Of a DNA stretch of 64,000 nt, positions 19,206 to 28,996 are shown piece after piece (the first letter of the stretch is position 1; each line of letters opens with the position of its first letter). Location: IMG/VR virus record IMGVR_UViG_3300021963_000030. The stretch is one strand, 5' to 3'. The stretch is from a virus. The translations under genes were made by a program, and so were the position numbers. Below the pieces are notes generated by a model. The model ran no database searches. It had not been told where the DNA came from and saw only the letters and a program-made list of their open reading frames with translations.

Positions 19206-21857
19206 ATGAGTTACAGCAAAAAAGTTGTTTATTTTGGATCAGATGGTGCGAGTGGGTATGCTAATGCGGCTAAGGGATACATTTATGACTTAATACAAAG
19301 TGGTCATGAAGTATTTTTTGGAACATTATCTGGTGCTCCAGTAAAAGACGATACTGAGTTTTATAACTATTTTCATAAGAATGTTAAGAAAATTCCAGTC
19401 TTTTCCAAGAAAGAAAAACTTGAAGGTGCGGATGTAGTAATTCATTTTACTCCCGATATTTGGAATAAAGTAATTAATTCTCACAAAGACTGGATTGGCA
19501 ACAAGAAAGTTATTGGTAGAACCGTATGGGATTTTGATCCTGTTCCTGACAAGTGGGTAAAAGACATTAACGACAGTATTGTTAATGTTGTTAGCGTTCC
19601 ATCCGAATGGTGTAAAAATGTGTTTATTAAGTCTGGTGTAAAAAAGGATGTAATTGTAGAACCACACACTGTTCCAAACATTAATTATACTAAATATGGT
19701 TTGGTAGATCTATTAAATAATGCTAGAGTATTTAGTCCAGTCCCCATCAATTATCAACGGTATACAAAACGAGTAAAATTCTTAAATATATCTTCATTGG
19801 TAGCACGAAAGAATACTGGATTTTTGATCGAAGCATATTTGGATTCGTTTACATTTGATGATGAAACTCTACTAATATGCAAGTTCACTGATCACATCAA
19901 TAATATCTCTCATATTGAAAAACATATACAAGAGATAATTCTAAAGAAGATCAAGAATAAAGAAAAAGATTATGCCTATGCTCCAATTGTAGTAATAAGT
20001 GAACGATTGAGTTTCGATAAAATTCAAAGTCTACATGATGATACAGACATTTATGTTAATGTATCTAAGGGTGAGGGCTTCAATATACCATGTTATACTG
20101 CTTCAAGAAAAAATAAAGATATTGTTACTCTATTACACGGAGGTATGACAGATTATCTGACAAACTATCCGAAGTTATTTGAAGTTGACTATAACACTGT
20201 TAATATCAGTAGTGTAGATAAAAGTGTAGATTTATCTATGATGATGTGGATCAATATGAATACTAAGAGTGTTGATCCTTCATATGAAGATTTGTGTAAT
20301 AGTCTCAAATCCGCCTATTATTCCAACATCAAAAAATGTGTATACTTTGATTCGGTTGAACTTTATCAACCACATACAACTTTGACTGAAGAGTCATCGC
20401 TGTTTCCAATTTATTTTAAAAACGGATGGCACAATGAATTGTTGACGGCAGGTATTTGGTCTGAAAAACAATCTGAAATGGTGATCGGTCCAGATGTTCA
20501 TAAGATTGAGTTTTTATTAGAAAGTGTTCAAGATAACGTAATAACTTTGACTATAAACGATGTGGATCATGTTTATCAAGTAAAACGTGGTCAGTATTCA
20601 TTAAAGGTAATTTCTAAAGAAGAAAAACATATCGAATTCGACTGTCAAACCACAGTGAATGGGTCGTGTGTAGGTAGAAATGAGGATAAAGATTATGGTG
20701 TCAAAATTGTTGACATTTACGTTAATGGTATCAAAAACTCAACGAGTAAGCTTGTATTAAAAGATGCAAATTTCAACGAACGTGTGCTTGTAGATAGTGG
20801 ATTTATTATAGAAAAATCGAATGTCTTGAACAAGGGTGAATACGGAGATATTATCATTAAGTTCAAAGAGTTGACTGATAATAACAAATACCCAAAAAAG
20901 ATCAATCTTGGTAAACAACTTTCATTTTATTCACATAGATCTGGATGGAATTATGTGTTACACAACATGGCCGCACTCAATAGTAACAGCGGTGTATATT
21001 GCGATGGTTTTATAGAAAATAATTTTAGTTGGAGAAAAACAGAGTGCATTCTTCAAAAGACAATTCCATATAACAAGAGTTGGGTCGGATTTATTCACAA
21101 CCCACCAAACATGCCACCATGGTTTAGTGATAATAATGCGTTTTGTAACATCATATTGCAAGATCCATATTTTCTAGATAGTCTTAGAAAATGTAAAGGG
21201 TTATATACACTGTCAGAGTATCACGCCAAAGTAATACGACAGTATGTTCCATTTGTTCCAGTCGAGTCATTGTATCATCCAACTGAAATTCCAGAGTTAC
21301 AATTTGATTTCGAAAAATTTGTCAAGAATCCAGAAAAGAAACTTATCACTATTGGATGGTGGCTTCGTAAGTTAAATGCATTATATACCGTTAACCCCGA
21401 CGGATATCAGAAGGTAAGATTGCTGCCAAACAACAAGTGTAAAGATACAATTTTTAGATTGGAAAAAATAGAATCATTGGTCAACAATCAACAAATAACT
21501 GACGAACAAAGAAATTCTGTAAGAATACTTGACTTCTTACCTAATGATGAATATGATAAGATACTGACTGAAAATTTAGTATACCTTGATTTATATGATA
21601 GTAGTGCCAATAACGGTATCATTGAATGTATGGCTAGAGCAACCCCAATATTTATAAATCGACTTCCCGCAATTGTTGAGTATTTGGGAGAAGGATACCC
21701 ACTATATATTGACAGTCAATATGACTTGGAAGCTAAAATAAAAGATTTAGATTTGATAAAGAAAGCACATCTTTATCTAAAAACAATAAGATACAAAGTT
21801 GAAATTGGCCACTTTTTAGAGAGTATGGTCAATTCAAAGATATATAAGAGTTTATGA
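19206..21857 (+). CDS. multidomain glycosyltransferase (GT4-like, beta-sandwich, second GT-B-like domain)
   Basis: N-terminal SGYANAAKGY, HFTPD, SKGEGF; C-terminal HRSGW, GFIHNPP, IGWWLRK, DSSANNGIIECMARATP. Confidence 0.8.
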   Translation: MSYSKKVVYFGSDGASGYANAAKGYIYDLIQSGHEVFFGTLSGAPVKDDTEFYNYFHKNVKKIPVFSKKEKLEGADVVIHFTPDIWNKVINSHKDWIGNKKVIGRTVWDFDPVPDKWVKDINDSIVNVVSVPSEWCKNVFIKSGVKKDVIVEPHTVPNINYTKYGLVDLLNNARVFSPVPINYQRYTKRVKFLNISSLVARKNTGFLIEAYLDSFTFDDETLLICKFTDHINNISHIEKHIQEIILKKIKNKEKDYAYAPIVVISERLSFDKIQSLHDDTDIYVNVSKGEGFNIPCYTASRKNKDIVTLLHGGMTDYLTNYPKLFEVDYNTVNISSVDKSVDLSMMMWINMNTKSVDPSYEDLCNSLKSAYYSNIKKCVYFDSVELYQPHTTLTEESSLFPIYFKNGWHNELLTAGIWSEKQSEMVIGPDVHKIEFLLESVQDNVITLTINDVDHVYQVKRGQYSLKVISKEEKHIEFDCQTTVNGSCVGRNEDKDYGVKIVDIYVNGIKNSTSKLVLKDANFNERVLVDSGFIIEKSNVLNKGEYGDIIIKFKELTDNNKYPKKINLGKQLSFYSHRSGWNYVLHNMAALNSNSGVYCDGFIENNFSWRKTECILQKTIPYNKSWVGFIHNPPNMPPWFSDNNAFCNIILQDPYFLDSLRKCKGLYTLSEYHAKVIRQYVPFVPVESLYHPTEIPELQFDFEKFVKNPEKKLITIGWWLRKLNALYTVNPDGYQKVRLLPNNKCKDTIFRLEKIESLVNNQQITDEQRNSVRILDFLPNDEYDKILTENLVYLDLYDSSANNGIIECMARATPIFINRLPAIVEYLGEGYPLYIDSQYDLEAKIKDLDLIKKAHLYLKTIRYKVEIGHFLESMVNSKIYKSL

Positions 21858-22276
21858 ATATCAAAGAAATATATTACAATAACAAGATATACACAGTGCC
21901 AACAACATCAGTAAAGCACATTGATAATAGCGACGTAACACAAATAGAAGAAGATTTGATAGTTTATTATTCGGATCAACATCAAGCTTGGAGAGAAGCT
22001 TCGTTAGACCTACAAAAAATGTATACGAATAAGGTAGTTGTAAATGTTTTGTCTGGTGATGAGACTTTAAAATTAAAAGTGAATGCCGACGACGTAATTG
22101 AAATTTTAGATAAAAAAGTAGTTAAGGTGAAGTTGGAATCAATTGTAGTGTGTGACGATGATGTTAAAAATATTTGGAAAGTAGTAGACCAAAGTAATGA
22201 CCTATGTAAGCTTTATAAAATATTTGATCAAAACAAACATCGATTAAGTGCTGAAAACAAAATATTCAATGGATAA
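21854..22276 (+). CDS. hypothetical protein
   Basis: 140-aa ORF with ATGA overlap. Confidence 0.65.
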   Translation: MNIKEIYYNNKIYTVPTTSVKHIDNSDVTQIEEDLIVYYSDQHQAWREASLDLQKMYTNKVVVNVLSGDETLKLKVNADDVIEILDKKVVKVKLESIVVCDDDVKNIWKVVDQSNDLCKLYKIFDQNKHRLSAENKIFNG

Positions 22277-22281
22277 AGTTA

Positions 22282-23376
22282 ATGAAAGATTTGTCTAAAA
22301 AGTTTTGTTTCAAACCATGGGACCATCTAGAAATTGGACCTGGACAAACACACAGATTACCAACAGAATACACTGAAGATGTTGTTTATCCATGTTGTTC
22401 AAATTGGATAAACAGATATCATTTTGGCAAAATTGACAAAGATATCAAATTTAATGATGTGTGGAATAGTGATAAAGCAAAGAAATTTAGACAATCAATT
22501 TTAGATGGTAGTTACAAATATTGCAATAAAACACTATGTCCTTGGATACAGAATAACAATTTGCCAGATGTGGACGATGTAATTTCTGGAAAACATGGAG
22601 AAGAAAAAAAGAATATATATCTGACCAAAGAATTACATTCTGATTATCCAAACTATATCAATCTATGTTATGACAAAAGTTGCAATTTAAAATGTCCAAG
22701 TTGCAGAAAAGATTTTGAATTTTTGACCGAAAAAAGCGACAGTGAATTATATTTGTATAAACTAGCGCATCAGAAAAATTTGATTGAATATTTGTATACA
22801 TGTAAGACAAAAACATGTGTCAATATAACTGGATCTGGAGACCCATTTGCTAGTAGGTTGTTTTGGGAACTTATTACTTCATTTGATGGTATCAAAAATC
22901 CATTGTTACAATTTCAGTTTCAAACAAACGGCGTTCTTTTTACAGAAGAAAACTGGAACAAAATGAAGAACCTACACAATAACTGTATAACAGCTGTAAT
23001 TAGTTTGGATGCCGGAACTGAAGAAACATACAATTACACCAGACGAGGTGGAGACTGGAATAAACTCATGAACAATTTGCAATTTGTCAAACGTCTTTTT
23101 GATGAAAAGAAATTGTGGTATGTTAGATTAGATTTTGTTTGTCAACAGAAAAACTACAAGGAAATCCCGCTTTTTATTGATATAGCAAAAAAATACAATT
23201 TTCACTGTTATTTGTCAAGAATTGATAACTGGGGAACATACTCCGAAGAAGAGTTTAAAGTCCACAATATATTTGATAAACATCATCCAGAACATAGTGA
23301 ATTTCTGAAAATAGTTAATCAAACATATGATTATGAATTCATCGATTTTGGTAACCTAAGTGAGTTCAGAAAATAA
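22282..23376 (+). CDS. radical SAM protein with N-terminal SPASM-like Cys cluster
   Basis: CNLKCPSC (CxxxCxxC), GSGDPF, QTNG, SLDAG; N-terminal FC..PW, YPCC, YCNKTLCP. Confidence 0.9.
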   Translation: MKDLSKKFCFKPWDHLEIGPGQTHRLPTEYTEDVVYPCCSNWINRYHFGKIDKDIKFNDVWNSDKAKKFRQSILDGSYKYCNKTLCPWIQNNNLPDVDDVISGKHGEEKKNIYLTKELHSDYPNYINLCYDKSCNLKCPSCRKDFEFLTEKSDSELYLYKLAHQKNLIEYLYTCKTKTCVNITGSGDPFASRLFWELITSFDGIKNPLLQFQFQTNGVLFTEENWNKMKNLHNNCITAVISLDAGTEETYNYTRRGGDWNKLMNNLQFVKRLFDEKKLWYVRLDFVCQQKNYKEIPLFIDIAKKYNFHCYLSRIDNWGTYSEEEFKVHNIFDKHHPEHSEFLKIVNQTYDYEFIDFGNLSEFRK

Positions 23377-23380
23377 AGTT

Positions 23381-24508
23381 ATGTCAGAAGTAATTCATTT
23401 TAATTCAAATCCTCTAAAATGGCATGGTGACTTAACTTTGTGTCACGATAAAACAATCAACAAGTCGTATAGATCGTTGGAAGATATAGGATGGGAATTG
23501 GAAAATTATGCACCTCACTATTGGGGGCCGATTAATCCAGAATATTATCAGGCCTCGACGTTGTTTGTCAGAAAACATAATGGCAAAATGGAATATGGTC
23601 ATTATGGAGACAGTCGTGCTACAGAAACATCTCTGTTGTTTAATGATGTTGATGCCGAATTCAATTTTAAAGATTTTGATTGGATACAAATTTTCTTAGC
23701 AGATGCTGGACCAACAATCCGCATGTTAGAAAATATCAAAATTCCAGTATTTACTACTGCGTATTATAACTTTGAATTTAAGAATTATGAACCCGATCTG
23801 GGCGTTCCAAATCCAGAACGATATATGCCGGATGTTAAAAAATTGACACTACCATATCATTACAATCGTGGTTTATTGGTCAATAATACTTTGTCAGTTT
23901 TACCAACGTGTGCTTATAACAATTTCTTTGGTGTTAATTTTAAGAATCTAATCAAGTTTAAAAAAGAATACGCTAAACATCACCGAGGCCTTCAACAAAA
24001 AGTTGGATGGCGTGGATCTATGAACTGTCATCAAAGATACTTACTTGTCAAGTTATCCCATGACAATTTTGATATGATTGATGCAAAACAGTGGGTAGGG
24101 ATACCAAATTATTGTCCTCCGGCAAATAAAGACTTTTCAAATCAATTCATATACAATGAATATATGACACTAGAAGATCAGATTACACAATTTGATTATT
24201 TGATTGAAGTTGGGGCAGGAGGATTTAGTGGAAGAGTGCCACACCTTATACAGTCAAATAGAATAGTGTTATCTACTGACCATCCAGTTTGGTCTTATGC
24301 TGAACATCAACTAGTGTCTGATATACATTACGTTAGAATAAAAAAGGACTTAAGTAATTTAGTTGAAAAACTTCAAGATATGAAAAATAACCCTCAGAAG
24401 TATGAGGTTATTAGAGATAATATGTATAATTTGTCAGAAACACACTTTACATTGGAAAATATCCGTAAAATTGTATACGAAACAATGTGCATCAGACTAA
24501 ACTTATAA
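23381..24508 (+). CDS. GT90 (CAP10/POGLUT-like) glycosyltransferase
   Basis: GWRGS, FDYLIEVGAGGFSGRV, HYVRIKKDLSNLVEK. Confidence 0.8.
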   Translation: MSEVIHFNSNPLKWHGDLTLCHDKTINKSYRSLEDIGWELENYAPHYWGPINPEYYQASTLFVRKHNGKMEYGHYGDSRATETSLLFNDVDAEFNFKDFDWIQIFLADAGPTIRMLENIKIPVFTTAYYNFEFKNYEPDLGVPNPERYMPDVKKLTLPYHYNRGLLVNNTLSVLPTCAYNNFFGVNFKNLIKFKKEYAKHHRGLQQKVGWRGSMNCHQRYLLVKLSHDNFDMIDAKQWVGIPNYCPPANKDFSNQFIYNEYMTLEDQITQFDYLIEVGAGGFSGRVPHLIQSNRIVLSTDHPVWSYAEHQLVSDIHYVRIKKDLSNLVEKLQDMKNNPQKYEVIRDNMYNLSETHFTLENIRKIVYETMCIRLNL

Positions 24509-24512
24509 ATTT

Positions 24513-25520
24513 ATGTATAGAATCACAAATATAATTGATAAAGATATTCATTTATATACGTTTGAATTCAAAAAACGTTCCAGCATCATTTTTCGGGAAT
24601 TTCCAAAGTTTTTAAATATTTATGTCGAAAACACCGACTTCGCATATTTGTTGAAACGATCTTCTTGGTTAAAAAATGAAAACTTAACTCATGTGAAAGA
24701 AGACTTCACATTTGACAAAGAGGTAGAACATTTATCTCACGCATCATTATTTTTGTTTGATGATTATTTTGGTAATTATCTACATTACTTTCTAGAAACA
24801 TTTCCTAAATTGGAATATTTCATGCGAATAAAAGAAAGTATCCCAGATTTAAAGTTGATTGTTCCTGACTTTATGTGGGATGTATCATTTATCAAAGAAT
24901 CTATTCTTTTGTATTTTGATAATAACATGAATGATGTGGTAGTATTAAGTGGTTCTAAACATTATACATGTGATAGATTGTTAATACCCAGTAATGTATA
25001 TCTATGGCCTGATAAGGGATATTTTTCAAGTATCATACATGACAGTTTTAAGACATTATCAAACAAGGTTACTATTGACGATAAAAAAGAAGGTGTGTAT
25101 ATTTCGAGACAAGATATTGTCAAACTTGGTTGGAGACACAATAGACATTTACAAAATGAACTAGAATTGATTGATAAGATCAAAACCAAATTCGATTACG
25201 ATATAATTGAGCTATATGATTTGAACATGTATGATAAAATCAAAGTATTCAAGTCATACAATAATATAATACAGACAAATGGTGCTGCTATGATAAATTT
25301 ATTGGTATGTCAACCAAATACAAACTATCACATCATTTCACATCCATTGTATGGTCCATGGGCAAACCCAATATTGAGAGACTCGGCAAATAGATTGGGC
25401 GTCAATTTTTATGATTACGATTATGCTAAATTACTTGAAGATCATGAACCTATTGTAGGTGATACCAATAATAGACCATGGCGATTGGAAAACATAGACC
25501 ACATGTTATCAAGACTATAA
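24513..25520 (+). CDS. GT61 (DUF563) glycosyltransferase
   Basis: NYLHYFLE, VYISRQ...R.LQNE.EL, QTNGAAMINLL. Confidence 0.8.
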   Translation: MYRITNIIDKDIHLYTFEFKKRSSIIFREFPKFLNIYVENTDFAYLLKRSSWLKNENLTHVKEDFTFDKEVEHLSHASLFLFDDYFGNYLHYFLETFPKLEYFMRIKESIPDLKLIVPDFMWDVSFIKESILLYFDNNMNDVVVLSGSKHYTCDRLLIPSNVYLWPDKGYFSSIIHDSFKTLSNKVTIDDKKEGVYISRQDIVKLGWRHNRHLQNELELIDKIKTKFDYDIIELYDLNMYDKIKVFKSYNNIIQTNGAAMINLLVCQPNTNYHIISHPLYGPWANPILRDSANRLGVNFYDYDYAKLLEDHEPIVGDTNNRPWRLENIDHMLSRL

Positions 25521-25523
25521 TTT

Positions 25524-26498
25524 ATGGAAAAGATAAAACTCAAAGGCGGATCATTAAGCGGCGTATATCTCATCAAGGATGACAAAAAAACATATGTGAG
25601 AAAAGAAGTTTCGGTGTTACACAATAGAGAATATGGATTTCAAAGATGGTATTCGCAACTTAAAAAGATTCAGAGATATAACTCATTGTTTCCAAATTTG
25701 TTTCCAGAGTTAATATCATACGGATTAGAAGAAGACATTGCATATTTTGATATGGAGTATTTAGAAAACGCCATATCAGCACATAAGTTTGTATGTTCAA
25801 CCACCGATCCCAAAAAGATTGAAATATTTCTAGAAAATCTATTATCGTCGATGAACAGACTTCATTCTGTTAAATTGAAATCTAACACGAACTCTCTCGA
25901 TCTATACATAAAAGAAGAAGTATTACAGAAGTTAAATGATGCTATAATTGATGATATATTTTTACAGTTTGTCAAACATAAAACAGTTAATGTTAATGGT
26001 TATGACATAAACGCTTTTTATTATGAAGTGGATAACTATACATCATTATTTAAAAAAGTATACAATAATCCAGTTGAGTGTTTTACTCACGGAAATATAA
26101 CATTGGAAAATTTATTATACGATGAAGAGAATGATAAATTATACTTCATAGATCCATACGAAGAAAACATAATCGACTCTTCTTTAACAGAGTATTCTCA
26201 GATATTTCAATCAACTAATTCAAAATATGAGATATATAATAACCTAGATATAGATGTGGTCAACAACAATTTGATTATAAACAACGTTGATAATTTTGGA
26301 GTAGACTATTTGAATAAATTGTTCGATGACCATCTACGCAAAACAATCAGTAATGATCAATACATAAGTGTAAAATTGTTTGAAGTATCTCAGTTTGTAA
26401 GAATGCTCCCATTTAAAAAAGAAATTGACAAAAATAAGATGTTATTTTTCTACATATTAGCATCGAAGTTATTTAATGATGTTAAAATCCTATTATGA
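25524..26498 (+). CDS. APH/choline-kinase-fold protein, candidate cyclitol/sugar kinase
   Basis: LKGGSLS Gly-loop, VRK, DMEY, HGNITLEN (Brenner-like motif with Asn), FIDP. Confidence 0.7.
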   Translation: MEKIKLKGGSLSGVYLIKDDKKTYVRKEVSVLHNREYGFQRWYSQLKKIQRYNSLFPNLFPELISYGLEEDIAYFDMEYLENAISAHKFVCSTTDPKKIEIFLENLLSSMNRLHSVKLKSNTNSLDLYIKEEVLQKLNDAIIDDIFLQFVKHKTVNVNGYDINAFYYEVDNYTSLFKKVYNNPVECFTHGNITLENLLYDEENDKLYFIDPYEENIIDSSLTEYSQIFQSTNSKYEIYNNLDIDVVNNNLIINNVDNFGVDYLNKLFDDHLRKTISNDQYISVKLFEVSQFVRMLPFKKEIDKNKMLFFYILASKLFNDVKILL

Positions 26499-27613
26499 CA
26501 GAATATGAGATAAATACTACATTGTCTGTAAATTATAAAATTAAAAACTCTCCGGGGATTTTTAATATGAATAATTTGGATTTATTGTATTGTAATTCGG
26601 ATGTATTTTCAAACCGAAGATTCCTTGTCATCGATGAAAAAATATATAAATTGTTTGCAAGCGAGATAAAACAATATTTTGAACATCACAATATATACAC
26701 AAAAATTGTGACGCTGGACTCGGAAGAGATTTCAAAAACAGATTCAAAGTTGATTGAGTTGTTGGAAGAAATTGAGAACTTTAACTTAAATAGAAGAAGT
26801 GAACCTATTATTTGTATAGGTGGCGGAATAATACTTGATATAGCTGGGTTAGCATCATCGTTATATAGAAGAGGTATACCATACATAAGAGTTCCTACTA
26901 CATTATTGGGAATTGTGGATGTATCTGTCGCAGCTAAAACCGCAGTCAACTTTAAGAATAGACGAAATAGACTTGGATCGTATTATCCACCAATACTAAG
27001 TTTAATAGACAAATCATTTATATACACACAGACGTTGAGTGACATAAGTTCTGGTATGGGTGAAATTCTTAAGATGGCGGTAATCAAGGACCATGATCTG
27101 TTTTGTATTTTGGAAAAATATGGTTCCGAAATAATGCACAACAAGTTTAATCATCCACAATCCGATCACGTTATTCATCTGTCAATAAAAGGAATGATAG
27201 AGGAGTTAGAAAATAATTTGTGGGAGAAGAATTTAAAGAGACTTGTAGATTTCGGTCATACATTTAGTCCAATTATTGAAATGCGATCTCTTGGAACAGA
27301 TTGTGAATTAAAACATGGTCAAGCTGTGGCATTGGATGTTGTATTCTCTTCGATAATATCATATAATAGAAATATTTTATCGTATGACGAATTGGTAAGA
27401 ATTATAAACACATCAAAAAATCTTGACTTGCCAACGGCACATGAATATTTTTGTAACTTTTCATTTTTGAGAGAATCATTAAATGATGCTACTAAACATA
27501 GAAATGGAAATCAAAACATGCCTATTCCAACAAAAATTGGTGTGGGGAGTTTTGTAAATGATTTAACCGATGATGAAATAATAAAAGCAATCGAAGTTTT
27601 TAAAACTATATGA
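26495..27613 (+). CDS. sedoheptulose-7-phosphate cyclase, 2-epi-5-epi-valiolone synthase (ValA/AcbC) type
   Basis: IGGGIILD, RRGIPYIRVPTTLLGIVD, KTAVN, RNRLGSYYPP, GEILK, MIEELENNLWE, RLVDFGHTFSP, LKHGQAV. Confidence 0.85.
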   Translation: MTEYEINTTLSVNYKIKNSPGIFNMNNLDLLYCNSDVFSNRRFLVIDEKIYKLFASEIKQYFEHHNIYTKIVTLDSEEISKTDSKLIELLEEIENFNLNRRSEPIICIGGGIILDIAGLASSLYRRGIPYIRVPTTLLGIVDVSVAAKTAVNFKNRRNRLGSYYPPILSLIDKSFIYTQTLSDISSGMGEILKMAVIKDHDLFCILEKYGSEIMHNKFNHPQSDHVIHLSIKGMIEELENNLWEKNLKRLVDFGHTFSPIIEMRSLGTDCELKHGQAVALDVVFSSIISYNRNILSYDELVRIINTSKNLDLPTAHEYFCNFSFLRESLNDATKHRNGNQNMPIPTKIGVGSFVNDLTDDEIIKAIEVFKTI

Positions 27614-28287
27614 AAAAAACAGTAATAATAACAGGAGTTAGCAGTGGTGTTGGAAAAAAGGCGGTCGAAAAGTTCTTGTCAAAGAAATGGAATGTGATAG
27701 GGCTTTCTAGAAACAAAGTTGATTTTTCCAGTAAAAATTATTTGCATATAGAGACAGATTTGAAGAGCGTCGAGTCGATAAAAAAAACATTTGACGTTAT
27801 ATCCGATAAATTTGATTCGATTGATTTATTGATTAACAATGCTGCTATATTTAAAATGAAACCCTTTACTGAGTTTTCAGAACAAGAGATCAATGACATT
27901 ATAGATACAAATATCAAAGGGGTCATTTTTTGCACACTGAATACATTGAAAATTATGAAACAGGGTAGAATAGTGAATATAAGCTCTGTATCTGGAACGC
28001 ATGGAATAGAAAATCAATCAGTATACAGTTCGACCAAATATGCTCTAAATGGATTTTCTGAGTCTTTAAATCAAGAACTTATAAAGAAAAATATATTAAT
28101 CACTACAATTTGTCCTGGCGGAATAAATACCCCTTTGTGGAATGAGAAAAATAAATACCCAGGTGGTGACACAAACAAACTTTTGAAAGATGAAGATGTT
28201 GTGAACATGATAGAGTATGTATCTGAATTGCCTAAAAATGTAGTTTTGAAAAATGTAGTTTTGTTTCCAACATGCGAATGGCATTAA
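27610..28287 (+). CDS. short-chain dehydrogenase/reductase
   Basis: TGVSSGVG, LINNAA, NISS, YSSTK (YxxxK), ICPGGINT. Confidence 0.95.
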   Translation: MKKTVIITGVSSGVGKKAVEKFLSKKWNVIGLSRNKVDFSSKNYLHIETDLKSVESIKKTFDVISDKFDSIDLLINNAAIFKMKPFTEFSEQEINDIIDTNIKGVIFCTLNTLKIMKQGRIVNISSVSGTHGIENQSVYSSTKYALNGFSESLNQELIKKNILITTICPGGINTPLWNEKNKYPGGDTNKLLKDEDVVNMIEYVSELPKNVVLKNVVLFPTCEWH

Positions 28288-28291
28288 TATT

Positions 28292-28996
28292 ATGAATCTT
28301 ATACTAACGATGGCCGGTAAATACTCTCGGTTTGTCAACGAGGGATTTAAAATTCCAAAGTATCTATTACCTTGGGCAAATCACACGATATTGTCCGAAA
28401 TATTGTTTAATCTGACAAATCAAAATGTGTTCAAGAATGTATTTTTGGTTGCCAACAAAAACGATAAAAATTTCATGTATCAAATTTTGTATACAATGAA
28501 ATACTATAATATCCCGCAAGAAAACTTAGTCTTTATAGGTGATACAAAAAGTCAATGTGAAACCGCCTTACACGGCATTGATAGATTTAAAAATAGATTG
28601 GTGAACGGACCTATATGTTTTCATAATATAGACACTATATTGTATGAACGAGATTTACACCACATTTCAAATAGTTTGAATAAGTATGATGGATATATCG
28701 ATATATTTACTTCAAATAATCATGAATATAGTTACATATTAACTGATGACATATATGTAAAGGACATACAAGAAAAAATACTGATATCTTCTGTAGCCAG
28801 TTCTGGATTTTATGGATTTTCTAACACAGATACGTTTTTTAAATATTACGAGGATGACTACTTCAGCAAGACATATAGAAATATGATAAATGATGATAAA
28901 AAAGTAGTTTTTGGTAATTTACACAATGAGAATAATACTCTAGTGTTAGGAACTCCAAAAGAGTATTTTTACTTATCTAGTAAACACATCGTTTAG
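28292..28996 (+). CDS. nucleotidyltransferase (GT-A/NTP_transferase fold)
   Basis: LTMAGKYSRF...PKYLLP, HNIDT, ASSGFYGF, LGTPKEY. Confidence 0.85.
   Translation: MNLILTMAGKYSRFVNEGFKIPKYLLPWANHTILSEILFNLTNQNVFKNVFLVANKNDKNFMYQILYTMKYYNIPQENLVFIGDTKSQCETALHGIDRFKNRLVNGPICFHNIDTILYERDLHHISNSLNKYDGYIDIFTSNNHEYSYILTDDIYVKDIQEKILISSVASSGFYGFSNTDTFFKYYEDDYFSKTYRNMINDDKKVVFGNLHNENNTLVLGTPKEYFYLSSKHIV

Noticed and set aside
26495-27613. 3-dehydroquinate synthase (aroB) shikimate AMG
   Set aside because: Signature segments match EEVS-type cyclases, and no other shikimate genes are present; the neighbours are sugar-activation enzymes.
26495-28287. Gadusol or mycosporine sunscreen pathway
   Set aside because: No MT-Ox, O-methyltransferase/ATP-grasp or MysC/D gene is adjacent, and the DDGS motif YGHTWSP is absent. 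It is not fully excluded, since methyltransferases exist elsewhere in the window.
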